A DNA stretch of 60,685 nt, filler included, from Dugesia japonica (Eukaryota), in the NCBI GenBank assembly GCA_001938525.1. It is 5 parts of 5 records of this genome, joined end to end, with 100 filler letters (N's around TTAATTAATTAA, not from the genome) between each part and the next. Parts side by side here need not be neighbours in the genome. Positions count along the whole stretch, not along the records: positions 39,534 to 49,303 come from MQRL01598644.1; positions 49,404 to 60,685 come from MQRL01609362.1; 3 more parts are not named here. One strand, given 5' to 3'. The translations under genes and the position numbers were made by a program. The notes under the pieces were generated by a model. That model was given only the letters and a program-made list of their open reading frames with translations, searched no databases and was not told where the DNA came from. Of this stretch, positions 39,540 to 53,000 are shown in pieces (position 1 is the first letter of the stretch; each line of letters begins with the position of its first letter).

Positions 39540-41493
39540 TAGACTTTCTGCATTAAAAATATTAACAGGAGGACATCTTTTGTCTCAATATACAGATGTT
39601 ACTTCTCGATTTTTTACTATTTGGAAAATATACATTTCCAAATTCACTACATATATTTGATTGGAACAAAGTTTTCTAGAGTTTTTAAGTAAAATATAAA
39701 CGCAATTTTTAAAACAATATACATATATTTCATCGGTTAAGTATACACCTGTTTTTGTGATTAATTGTCATCATCTTTGAAAAAGCTTTATGTAGTCATT
39801 ATCCGAGAATTTATCATCCTTTTGGACTAGATATTGATTCTATTGATTGTTGTAGGCCTCTGAGATTTTGAAATTTTTCGTACTTAGAGAATTATGCACA
39901 GATCAAAATAAATAAAACTTGGAAATTACAAGCTTCAGTGGGTATCAATTTTGTTACTTATTTTTGGAGTTTTAAAGCACGTTTACGCATTTATTTCGTC
40001 TTCTACTCATTGATGGGACATTCTGAAAGCAGCAACTTCCCAAAACCTGAAACGAGTAATGGAAACTCGATGGAGTGCAAGGGTTTAAATTCTTTGGAAG
40101 ATTTCGCTGGCAAAGAGGAAAATACATGCACCTTATTAGAAGTAGGCGTACTACTTGATGCATTGCAATTCTTTTAATTTTTGTGTTTTTTCGGCTTATG
40201 GAAATCAGTTCTTGCAGAAATTAACTTAACTCAGATTTATCTTCAAACTAAAAGAATTAATATACAACATTGCGATATAAAACCTAAGGCTTTAAAGACA
40301 TTTTTATGTTAAATAGGAATAATCTAGTGAACAATGTAATAATATGTGCCAAGGAAATTTTGTTTATTTAGGAATTGTCATGGAGCGTGAGTCAAAGTAA
40401 AAAGTAAAAAAAAAGAATGTTTGATGAAGGATCACATGATTATGAATTTCCATATAAAGTTGAATTACAAAGGAAAATAATTTCTTCTTTAGATAAGGTG
40501 ATTCCAGAAATAAATACGAGATTTTAACAGCTTTATGTTCTTCCGTCTAATTTTTTAAACAAAGATTACAATTGTCAGATACATGAAAATCATGATGACA
40601 TTAATAAGGAAAAGTTTATTGTTGAAGGAAAATTATTCATAAGTTTTGTCGCTGCAGCAACTATGCAAGATAAAGCAGACATATTTGAGGAAGACCCCTT
40701 GAAATTTTAAAAATTATTCAGAACTAAAAACTTGGAAATTCCGTTCCAAATATTGCCATTTTATTACGAATTTCATGACGATTACTCTAAGTGTGGCTAT
40801 TTGTGAAAGACATTTCTCAAATTTAAAATTATTAAAGAATTACTTAAGATCTTCTATGCTCAGTATACGGTTGAGAATATTATCATATTATCAAATATAA
40901 ATTAACAGAGAAAGTAGACTTCTATAACTTTGCTAGACAAAAAGCAAGACGAGTAACCATGTAGATTGTAGAATATAATTGGAGGGTATTAATGTTTTAA
41001 AACAAATAAAAATTATCAGTTGATGATTGTTATATAATATTGTATTAATGGTTATTATTATAAAAAAAACATACATACTTGTATGTATGTATATATACAT
41101 ATACATACATTTTCCATAAAAATGAAAAACATCATAAAAATGAAAAAACTGTGCTATTTTATTTTCATACCAATTGTAAACAAACAACTTTCGCATGTCT
41201 CTTTTATATAGTATATGTTTAGTTCATTTATTTTTGTGACAATGCGTTATTTTATTACATTTTTATTGTATTATAAAAAATCTTGTTTAATTTAGAAAAC
41301 AAATATTACATACAAAATAAATAATATGCATATAATATGTGAAGTAAAAGGAGCCGCCTCTTTCGGAAATTTCTCTTAAATTATTTATTAACCAAGTTAT
41401 ATATTTTTAGGAAGTTCCGATTTTGTCTTTAAAAATGTATGGGGGCGGCAATTTTAAATCGCTCCAAGAGGCACATACTCTAGCTATGCAACT
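39540..41493 (+). mobile_element. Decayed hAT transposon (ZMYM-like clade)
   Basis: LWKSVLAEINLTQIYLQTK; C-terminal dimerisation motif PNIAILLRI..SVAICERHFS..KNYLRSSM; GC-rich terminal segment ~41440-41493. Confidence 0.82.
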
Positions 41494-41779
41494 TTTGGAC
41501 ATATTATATTAATTACATGAAGCTCCAAGATATTGTGTAGTAACATGACAATGATCTCTCATATATTTTATTGATGTCTTCTGGCAGAAGTAACATTCTG
41601 CTGCATTTGTAAAGTTCCTCAATTGTTAAGATGATAGCGGTGACAATGGAACTTTATTATTCCTGAAGAAGACAATAGTTGAAAATTTGGATGACTACCA
41701 GAAAAGAAATAAAAAGAAATCTCAAATGCGATCAATTGTTAAGTCCAACAATTATTCTCGTGTAACTGTAATTGTAAAA

Positions 41780-41960
41780 CATGTCAAAATGTACTTGTAT
41801 ATATTATTAATTCTTGAATGAGAAATTATCTTCATCAAATCCATTTGCCATAAATCATCGATACTAAATGTTTAATATTAGTTTGTTATAAATCCTTTCA
41901 ACATTGCTTTGTTCAGACTGTTTGCTAGTTTACTTCATAACCACTTTTTCGTTTCGCCTT
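41780..41960 (-). pseudogene. Polinton integrase N-terminal core fragment
   Basis: SIDDLWQMDL..NNIYKYILTC matches the DxWQxDL..YKYILT motif. Confidence 0.7.
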
Positions 41961-44370
41961 TTGAATTGTGTGTTACTTTTCACAATTTTTCTACTCCTTG
42001 AATTTCTGATGTATCTATCGGATTTGTACATATCGTGTATGCTTCGTCTATTATAAATTGTGATATAAATTTGAGATTAATTCGTGATAATGATTCCAAG
42101 TTACCCAATATTTATGTAAATTTTGCTATATCCTATGCAACTATTACAATTGGTAGTGATGCAGCTTTAAAACCACAATTTTGTTAATGCAATACCTGTC
42201 TTATTAATATTTTATATCTTGTATGTACAAGTGATAGTAATGTCTTTTTATAATTCTCCAATCCTTGTTTTCTGGCTTTGCTTAAAGTTATATTGCTTTG
42301 ATTAACATTTACAATAATGTCTAGTAAATAATCAATAACAAACCATGGAAATGACTGCAAAATTTNNNNNNNNNNNNNNNNNNNNNNNNNNNNNNNNNNN
42401 NNNNNNNNNNNNNNNNNNNNNNNNNNNNNNNNNNNNNNNNNNNNNNNNNNNNNNNNNNNNNNNNTTTTTTTATGTCAATTGTCTTGTAACTTAACTTTGA
42501 ATGTACTTGTTTGTTATAGAATTGTTGTTTTTCCATTTAATTTGTTATGCATAAGTTTGAATGATTTTTAACTAAGATATTCTTGATCGACAAAAAAAAT
42601 TCCTGAAACAATAAACGTTAAAACTTGTTAAATGTTATAATTTTTAAAAAAATAGAAAATCTCAGTCGTAAATCCTTTTAATGTTGAAAATAAATTTTAA
42701 TTTAGCTTAATAATATTGGAATCTTAATGATCATTACAAACAAAATTAACTGAATAGAAATTCATAGTTTCAAAATTTACCCATAAAGTGAAATAATCTA
42801 TTCTTCTAAAATGAAGACGTCTTTTCGAATATTCTGAATATGAAATCTTAACACTTTACAAGCCAATAATATTTACCAATACAAAAAATAAAAATTACAA
42901 ATGGTATTATATCCAATAAACATAAATATACAAATTATACAACAATAAATAAATTTCTTTATAAAGCACATTAATTATAAAAATTAAAACGTTAAATTTC
43001 TAATTATACTACAATACTACTAAAATAAATGTAACATTTATAAATTATCACAATTCTTATACTAAACTAATTAGCACTAATTAAATAACACATTTTTAAA
43101 GTATTTATTTCCACAAATTAAACTAATTTCTAATTAATTAAATACACATTCAAATTAGGAAAATTCTACATAATTCACAAAATTTATTTCATTTTTAAAA
43201 AAGGGTCTCCTTATTAGCTTTTATTACAATTTTAACAAGTTTAATAATTTCTCACCGGTAGCAGTAGTGTGAATCAATAAAATATCAAAATTGAAAAAAA
43301 TTATAAGGGTTATTAATCAATAAATTTTTGTGAAAATTATAATATATTTAACTACTGACAAATATTAAACAGCTAATTTTGTTTTAATTTTTATTTTTCA
43401 CTATCACGTTTTTATGAATTATATTGTTTTATTTTTTATAATCACATAATGAAATATAAATTTCATTCAGAATTATGTAATAAAGTTTCTGTCTAAACAG
43501 CAAATCAATAAAACCTGTTTAATGAGAATAAAACAAATCAGTATTTTTTAGAATGTAAAAGCATCAAATTTTACATGTTTTAATTTGTATTTTAGTTTCT
43601 TTTACTGAAATCATTTAAATTTNNNNNNNNNNNNNNNNNNNNNNNNNNNNNNNNNNNNNNNNNNNNNNNNNNNNNNNNNNNNNNNNNNNNNNNNNNNNNN
43701 NNNNNNNNNNNNNNNNNNNNNNNNNNNNNNNNNNNNNNNNNNNNNNNNNNNNNNNNNNNNNNNNNNNNNNNNNNNNNNNNNNNNNAAAAAATTGAAAATA
43801 TCTGCCGAGTATTTTTTTAATAAAACAAACATTATTAATTTAGAAATCAATAATCTTTACTGAAATTTCTTTTTAACTTCCAATTTCTTGTAAGATTTAT
43901 AGAAAAAACATTTGTATTTTACATACAGAATTGAATACTTTTAGAAAGCATGATTTTTATGATTTTATCAGTTTTCAAATAGTTAGGATAAGAGCTCAAT
44001 AACTTCAATTTCTTTTAATTTATGAATTATTTTATTAAGTTTTTAATCAAGGGTTCATTACAAATTACACTTCTTTAATTTATTACTCTTTACTTCTTAT
44101 GTCTGTGAACCGCAGCATTGAATTACACAGATAGACATACACACATATGTGCATACTAATATGCACACTAAATTCATGACTAACTATAATTATATTTTAT
44201 ACAATGTTTTTTCAATTATTGACATCTTAATTTTCCTGTTAATACATTATTTATTAATTTTTCCTGTTGTATTTGCTAATGGCATGCATAATAGAATAAA
44301 TTCATATCTTAACCGGTGTAATATATAAAAATAATTCCCAAGTTATAATAATTCATTAAAATAAACACTT

Positions 44371-45190
44371 CAAAATTTTTTTTGATTGAAGCTTTTATTT
44401 TTATGAATTCTGAAAAACGATCAGTGGTTACGTCCAACAATTATTCTCAGAATAATTGCAATTGTAAACTTAATATAATAACTCTATATTATATAATCAT
44501 TCCTAGTTTATAATAAAACAAATTGTGATTGTATTTAAAGTTCAAAAGTACTAAAATTAATACATTTATACTAAGTACTAATAGAATATTTGGTTAATGA
44601 TAACTTCCAAACTCTTTATTGTTGGTGATGTAAAATAGAGAAAACTTGGTTCGTATAGCAATATTTGTAATACAAATGAATTTACAATAGTGAAAATTAA
44701 TAAGAAGTAACATTTTTGTAACAAAGTTTCATCAAGGAAAATTTAAACATCTACAATATTGATATCAATTTTCTTCAATTAGTGTCTTTTTTTTGAATTT
44801 CTTTGGTAATCTCGAAAATGAAAATATTTCTGCCTGCTTAAAACATAACACAAGGTGAGGACACATATTTTCCATATTAAAGTTAGATATTGGATCACCT
44901 TCAATAATAATTTGTTTCATTACACGTTTATATAAAAGTATTTCCTTGAAATAAATATGGGATATTAAAAAATCACGCCTATCATAATTGCAAATAAACT
45001 TCAAATCAACAAGAAAATTTAATTTAATTGAATAATAATTAGTTGATAAATTTTGATCAAAGCTAATATATTAAATGAATAATTAGTTAATTAAAATACT
45101 TACAATTATTGCGAGAATAATTGTTGGACATAGCCATTGATCGTTTTTTAGAATTCATTTAAAATAAAAGCTTCGATCAAAAAAATTTTT
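44371..45190. mobile_element. Element bounded by ~100-bp inverted repeats of a dispersed family
   Basis: 44371-44470 (gaagcttttat..gaattc..aaaaacgatcagtggttacgtccaacaattattctc..aataattg) is inverted at 45095-45190. Confidence 0.65.
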
Positions 45191-46611
45191 TTTATTGTTT
45201 TTTTGAGATTGATTCGATATTTCGACTTTGTCTTCGCTAGGAATTGACTTTTTTAATAACAACCTATAAAAATTTTTCCAATATTTGAAAATATTTTTAA
45301 TGTTAAACGGTATTAAATGTTTTTGNAAACCTATAAAATAATAAAATTGTCAAATTATTTTGAAAATTAAGAAAACATAAAACCTTATGAAATACTATAA
45401 TAACATAAAAATTTGAAAACTTTTTAAATCTAAAATTTTTTAATTAATTTAGTCGAAAAAGCTGTTTGTACATTAATGCTTGGATTATGAAATCCAATCA
45501 TTTTTAGAAAAAAATTATTATTCTATAAAATATTATTTTTTGGAAAATTTTATTTGAATAAAAATTTTTTTATTAGAAAATATTTTACAAATTAAGAATT
45601 ATGATTATAGCGGTCTTATATTAAATGTAATTGATTGAATCTTTGTTTTAATAATACATACTGAATAAACTCATTTTTGTTTGATAATGACTGTTGATCC
45701 GTCGATATATATAACAGTAAAATTAGTTAATTATTTAGTAAATGATCAATAATTTTTATATATAATCCANNNNNNNNNNNNNNNNNNNNNNNNNNNNNNN
45801 NNNNNNNNNNNNNNNNNNNNNNNNNNNNNNNNNNNNNNNNNNNNNNNNNNNNNNNNNNNNNNNNNNNNNNNNNNNNNNNNNNNNNNNNNNNNNNNNNNNN
45901 NNNNNNNNNNNNNNNNNNNNNNNNNNNNNNNNNNATCTACAAAGATCAAATAGAAAATTTATTTGTTCTTGTATTTGTCTATCCATTAAAATCATTATTT
46001 TATTAACTTAAGTTTTCGTAAAAATTAAAGCACTTCTGTTGATATTGGAACAAACTTAAGCAATTAATTAATAATTAATTAATGGTTGATGAATAAGTAA
46101 TTATTATAAAGAAATAAAATCCAATAGGTTGGAAAATTAAAATGTATGTTTAAATAAATTGATAGAGATAAACAACACAGTTGATCAATAAATATAAAAA
46201 TGAAAATCTTTAATTTTGAAGTTGTCAGTTTGAATTTCACTTAATAAAATGTCTAATTGAAAACACAGTAATAAAATATTTATTTAGATAAAAAATTTGA
46301 AATCATATTTAATAGAGTTTACATTCTATTTTCATAAGGTACATTGAAACATTAATCTTGTTACTGTTACAGTAATTAAACGTTTAAATTAATAAGTAGT
46401 GTATAATTAATGATGAACGGTTTTAATGCAAATTAAAAAGTATTATAAAATAAAAAATAATATCAGCCAAAGTGAAAAAGATTACAGTTCAAATGAAAAA
46501 ATGAATAATATAAGTAAAAGTAATCAGAATGTAGTTGGAATGTTACCTTATCCATTCTCTTCTGCAAACCTGGGAAAAATATTAAAAATGTTTTCCTGTT
46601 ATTCTCTAAAA

Positions 46612-46899
46612 CAGTGTTGTCCAAACCGTGTGCCGCGGAATTTTTCAAATAAAGTCCAAAATACCCTGTTTTTTTGACAACTTAATTAAAGGAAGTTGAA
46701 TAAGAGATATTTTGACGGTTGTTTAAATTTTAAATATTAATTGGTCAATTAAGTGCGAAATTTATTTGTTTGCAATAATATTTTAAACCTTTAATAAAAT
46801 TGCAATAAGAAATTGCAATTGAAGCAAAAAATTAGTGTGGCGTGAAAATTTTTAATTCAGACAAATGTGCCGTAGCTCAAAAAAGTTTGGACAACACTG
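46612..46899. mobile_element. hAT-Charlie MITE
   Basis: Perfect 15-bp TIRs CAGTGTTGTCCAAAC / GTTTGGACAACACTG; 8-bp TSD ctctaaaa / ctcttaaa (one mismatch). Confidence 0.92.
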
Positions 46900-48559
46900 C
46901 TCTTAAACTACAGTAGTTACATTACTACTGTGTCCTCTAGAACGCTCTAGATAAAAATTATAGATCGAAGCCTAACAAAGTTTGAAGCCTTGTATAAAAC
47001 TGAACTTTCACATTATGTTTAAATGAAAATGAAATATAAATTAAAATTTTGTTAACTGGAAAATAATCAATGTAAGATATTTCACCAGCTAAAAAGTTTA
47101 ATTCTAATCTATTAACTAAAATATGTGCTACAAACATGTACTATTTTTTTACAAATAATTTCAACAATGATTAAAATCATCGCGATATTAATTCAGAAGG
47201 AATTTGTTATAATTTATAGTATATATTTGATGGATTCAAGAAGTTCTATAAAAGACGTGAAATGTATTTTACAGACGAGAGTATCACGAAAAATCAAAAA
47301 CAAAATTGTCAGCATGTATGATCGAAAAATATCTATTAAAAATGTATGCAAAAATAACAGAAAAATTTTAAAGCAGGCTAGTAATAGCATTTGATTACAA
47401 AAAAGATGTAGTCAAATATTAAAAAAATAATTTGAGTTATTGACAAATAATATTGAAGAGATCAAAGCATTCTTAAAAAAGTGTAAGACTTAGCGAACAG
47501 TTTGTTCGAGGAAAAGGAATCAATCAAAGAAACTTAATTAAAAGAATATTAATAATATGCAGAGAGAATAAGAAATTAGCGAATGAAGTTGTAAAGAATA
47601 TGCATCGATGTACGTAATGCATCTTATCAAATAGATTTGAGCAAAGAATCNNNNNNNNNNNNNNNNNNNNNNNNNNNNNNNNNNNNNNNNNNNNNNNNNN
47701 AAAAGACGTGAAATGTATTTTACAGACGAGAGTATCACGAAAAATCAAAAACAAAATTGTCAGCATGTATGATCGAAAAATATCTATTAAAAATGTATGC
47801 AAAAATAACAGAAAAATTTTAAAGCAGGCTAGTAATAGCATTTGATTACAAAAAAGATGTAGTCAAATATTAAAAAAATAATTTGAGTTATTGACAAATA
47901 ANATTGAAGAGATCAAAGCATTCTTAAAAAAGTGTAAGACTTAGCGAACAGTTTGTTCGAGGAAAAGGAATCAATCAAAGAAACTTAATTAAAAGAATAT
48001 TAATAATATGCAGAGAGAATAAGAAATTAGCGAATGAAGTTGTAAAGAATATGCATCGATGTACGTAATGCATCTTATCAAATAGATTTGAGCAAAGAAT
48101 CGCAGGGGAGACAACAAACTGCTCAACAAAGAACGGACTAGAATTCCAGTTACAATTTGTGCGGCACCGGCTAAAATACGATATTATCAGATCTTGACAG
48201 CCCTAACAAGAAAAAATAAGGAATAAACAATAAAGAGAAATATGTTAAAATAGAAGAAAAACATGTAGAGTTGAAAACTGCAAATTGAAAGATTGGGTTT
48301 TATGGAAAATGTTAAATGATATGATGTCATCAAAGTATGATTTCCAGTAATTAAATATTAAATTATTAATTAAAATGAAAAACAAAAACATTGTTTGTAT
48401 AAATTGTAATAAAAGATTATAAAAAGCTAGACACCAACGAAGTTGCCTTCTAAAGACTTGAAAAGAAGTGAAAGGTGATCTTCAATTTTTTCTTTTGTTA
48501 ATAAAATTTTAAAACCATTTTCTTGGGAAAAGTATTCAGTCGAAAGACTTTTGTTTCAA

Positions 48560-48820
48560 CATACTAATACTAGACTAGGAACTAAATTAGATTTAAGACT
48601 TGATGAAAATAATATTCCTTTTCCAGAAGAAGAATTAATTACCCAAGTAGATTAAACAGCTTTAAGACATGACTTAGCTTACAAAGATAAAGATCTAAGA
48701 TAAAGGCATTTTGCACATGTAACTTTGATTCATGATTTACATAATATGAATAATTCAACTAGAAGTAAAAAGATACAATTTGGTTTAGTAAAATTAGCAA
48801 TGGAAGGAAAAATAATGATA
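48560..48820 (+). pseudogene. Polinton-type phospholipase A2-like (parvovirus VP1u-like) domain remnant
   Basis: GTKLDLRLDEN..VD*TALRHDLAY..RHFAH; the HDxxY catalytic motif is present. Confidence 0.75.
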
Positions 48821-48829
48821 TGAGGAAGT

Positions 48830-49250
48830 TTACAAGATGAATTATATAAAGAATATAAAAAACCTAGGCATTACATTTAAGTACAAATATATGTACAAGA
48901 TGATATTTGGGTTAGCTGAATTAATACTTTTAAATAAAAGGAATGAAGGGAAAAAAAGTGAAGCCAATTCTCCTGTTCCAAATTTTAATAGTATTCTATT
49001 TGTATACAAGATTTGGTTTTATGTACACGTATAAAAAATAAATTTGAGAATATAGAATAAACTAGTGATAGAATTCCTAATAATTTATGGATTGATAAAG
49101 GGAATGAAATCGGTAAATCATTTGAAAGGAAAACAATATGAATAATATAAACTGAAAATGAAGGTAAAGCTCTTTTTATTGAAAGATTTAAAGAAAGAAC
49201 TTTAAAAAATAAATGGGATAAATACTTTCCATCTGTTAGTAATCAGAAAT
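48830..49250 (+). pseudogene. Polinton integrase core remnant
   Basis: DELYKEYKKPR..DDIW..RIPNNLWIDKGNE..TENEGKALFIERF..RTLKNK. Confidence 0.78.
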
Positions 49251-49914
49251 GAGATATAACTTTATTAGGTCATAAAGTAAATGGGTAGATAGATAGTAGC
49301 GGTNNNNNNNNNNNNNNNNNNNNNNNNNNNNNNNNNNNNNNNNNNNNTTAATTAATTAANNNNNNNNNNNNNNNNNNNNNNNNNNNNNNNNNNNNNNNNN
49401 NNNAAACTATTGTCGTCGGCTCCCTTGGATCTTGGTCAACTGAAAATGACAAAATTCTTACAGGAATAGGACTTAGCAGTAACGCCATCAAAAATCTAAC
49501 AGTAGACTGCATCAATTCTAACATTAAGTGGAGCAGAAATAACTGGGACGCGCACAACACAAATTACATGCGGGAAAATAATAGAGAAGATGNNNNNNNN
49601 NNNNNNNNNNNNNNNNNNNNNNNNNNNNNNNNNNNNNNNNNNNNNNNNNNNNNNNNNNNNNNNNNNNNNNNNNNNNNNNACCGCTTTAGGTTTCTGAGGT
49701 AGTGGGCTCCGGCCAGGCAGTATTCATGGCTTCTTCGTAGGCAATCGTATTATAATAGAAGTTGTAAGAACTGTTCTTCTCAGTTTTATCTATGAGGAGT
49801 AAAAAGTTTTTTGCTTTAAAATTTGAGATGAATTTGTCATTGACGGAGTCTCGAGAACTCCTGGAAAACATTGAAATCTCTTTAAATTGAAATTAATTAA
49901 AGTTCAAAACAATT

Positions 49915-50062
49915 TATGGTAACCAATGACCTTGACCTACTTTTTTTTGGAAACGACCTTGACCTAGTTTCCGTTGCTAAGGACGGTTGCCATGGTAACC
50001 AATGACCCAGATACCGTTGCTAACCCGGTTGCCATGGCAAGCTCCCTCCCCCTTTGACCTAC
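49915..50062. promoter_or_regulatory. Cluster of RFX X-box-like and TGACCT (nuclear-receptor half-site-like) motifs
   Basis: GTTGCCATGGTAAC (49986-49999), GTTGCCATGGCAAG (50028-50041), GTTGCTAAGGAC, GACCTTGACCT twice and TGACCT. Confidence 0.5.
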
Positions 50063-50089
50063 TTTGTCCTAGTGTCCTCCTTTCCTACT

Positions 50090-53000
50090 ACTGACTGCAC
50101 TTTCTACTTTATCTTGTTCTTTCAACCCTGTCTATATAAATTCTGGTAGCTTCTGTATTATAGGTTCTAAAATTGCTGAAATTTGTTTGCACTCTGATGA
50201 TAGCACTGTATTTCCAATCCACATCTTTAATTCTGGCTATAATAATAATAGTACTTGATGTAATATCTTTTCCGTTGATAATTCTGATGGTTCGAATCTC
50301 TCCATGATTTCCTGCGATACTGCTGTTAATTGTTTATCATGCGTGAGTTTTCGTCGTGTTTCTCCTTTTATCATAATAGATTCTCTTGGTCGTCCTCGTG
50401 CTTTTCGTTTCATTTATGTCTCCGCATCAACCATTATTCTTTGATATATCTCTTGATCTGTTGTTTCCTCTTGGTTATCTGTAGTTTCGATTACATTATC
50501 AGTTGTAGTTATTTCCTCTTCAAATTCTACTGGTGGACATATATTTTTTCCTTTAAGTTCATATTCTAATGGAGTTGGAATTCTCTTATTTTGCTCAAAT
50601 TCTATCAATGATAGTGATTTCTCTATAAAGAAATTGATTTTTGTCTTGTTAACTCTGGTATTCTCGGTGACACAAATTATTCATCTTCGATATCATAGTT
50701 TACTTCTCTAGGATTAAATTTACTTTTTACTGTCTTCTTCTTTTCATTGGCATTTGCCTCATTGTTGCAGGATCAATTCTCGCTATCTGTAACTCCTCTT
50801 CATCATCATCACTTGGTAATCTAAATACTTGTTCAATAACATCATCTTCTTATGTCGTAATTTCTTTCGATGATATATGTCCTTTTGACTTCATTGATTT
50901 ACTCTTAGTTGATTTTGATGTCGTATTACTCGTACCCTCTTCATTATCAATTACAATTGGTTTTGTATACTTTGTGATCTGTGGTTGAATCTGTTTTCAC
51001 GTTGGCAACGTTTTACGTTTTAATATTTTCTTTTTTATTAATCTCTTTCCAACTTCTGGTTTAATATATAATTAAGCTATCTGCTTCCACCGTACGTTCA
51101 TGGTACCGATTATGTTGTCATTCAAAAATTCTCTGTCATTCAATGTTAAAATATATGGTGGTTTAAACGGTATTTTCTCCTTTATATCTCCAATTGTTTC
51201 GTATGCAAGACCAGCTATCTTAGTTTTGTATCCTTTCGGATCTGTCTTGGTTTGATTTCGTCTATCTCATTGTCCTGCCATCGTTTTAAAATCTATCTGA
51301 ATTGCTTTGGTCTCCACGTGAATCGTTCTTTATATCTTGATATTTTGAATGTCAAATCTCTTAATTCATCTATTGATAAATCTCCTTTTAGTATTTGATC
51401 CATTAAGCTCTGAGCCTCTACTCTTGAAATCTCTTCTTCATTGATTAAAGATATAAATTGAGCTACTGGATCTGACGCATCTTCATTTGTCTTCTTTTTA
51501 TGATTCTTCAGTACTAATATCTCTGCTGATCTGTTCAACTCTTGATTTGATTTGTATTGTCGATTCGATGCTCGTCCGAATTGTAATATTTCAACTTTTT
51601 CTGCTAAGTCAAAATTTAAGTCTTCAGGATGTACCTGTAATCCCCATGGCATCAATGGATTTATATTCTCCACATAATATTATATTGTATTTTGACATAA
51701 ATTCTCTCTGATTTTTCTTCTAGTATACGGATTTCTATCTCCGCCTTCTACTACAAATACATGTATTTGCATCATATGGCCTGGCTATATACCTGATAAT
51801 TTAACTGCATCACCGTAGAGGTCTTCAGTAATCTCTTCATCACAATAAATTACAATATGTTCTCCTTTGACCACTGACATATTTTCTTTATCTATTAACG
51901 ATTGTTTATTCACATATTTTAGTATTAACTTTATCATTTTCTCTCATTTTGTCATCGTTTTCACTTCAAATTCTTTACTCGATTCATCTAGAAAGTTTGC
52001 TGTCACTTTCACTACTTGTTTCGGCGTTTGTGATGTCTGTAAATAAACTATTTCTCTCACTGCTTCATTAAAATGTTCTCCGAATATCAACCCTAGTTGA
52101 TTCATTCGATCAATTAACTCTTTTATTTCTCCAATTTTAATATAATGAAAATTATTTAGTATTAGTAATCCAACTTTTGCAAAATTTCACTTAAACGTTT
52201 TCCACGATTCCACTTCGTTTTCTGTTGTTGCTGTTAATCCGATTTGATCATCATGTACTAACTTTAAATACTCAAGTTGATCTATTTCCTCTTGACACAC
52301 TTTTCTGATCTTTGCTCGAATTTTGCTGAGTGATAATTTCTCAAACTCTCTTGGTTGTCCATCATCATATTCTAATCTTATTTCTGTAATCTCTCCAAAT
52401 CTTAACCTAAACTCAATCAAATGCATTTCTCGGTTATTCAATTTATCTCGTTCAATTATCACATAATCGAAAATAATTCTGTGTCGCTCTAATCCGTATT
52501 CTAACGGTAATTCACTAAGAAAGTCTTTTAATTCACCGACCGTTGTCGTTTCAAATCTTTTAATCACTTTTGTTTGCATTGTTGTCACTAAATCATCATC
52601 TATCGTTGGATAATTAATTTTAATTCCAAAATCTGCTCCCACTATTCCTGTTATTATGCCTTCTGTATACATCTCGATTAGTTCTGGGCGCTTTGTTCCC
52701 CTCATCATAAGTATATAATGTTCATCCCACGCCAAATTCATTATTCTTCAACATGACTGTTTTGGAATTTTGTCCTTTCGAAATAAAGTTTCTATAATGT
52801 TATGTATTATCGTTGCCATATTTTGATAATATTTATTGTCTGAATCGTCTTCTATTACTACCGATGTTTTGCTCAATTCGCTCATACTAATATCAGTTAG
52901 GCTTGTTGGTTCTTTCGGTCTCTTTTTACTTTTACTCAAAAATTGGTTTGAAATTGATCTCATCATAAATAATTTTCCTAGACTCGTACCAGGTTTGTTG

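Noticed and set aside
42321-46000. Gap-interrupted minus-strand ORFs as the missing 5' exons of the ARM-TIR gene
   Set aside because: I could not build an in-phase spliced frame or find ARM motifs; they are interleaved with TE repeats.
47250-48101. Tandem ~400-450 bp direct repeat or LTR pair
   Set aside because: Essentially identical copies on either side of an N gap, with no TG..CA ends or PBS; probably an overlap artefact.
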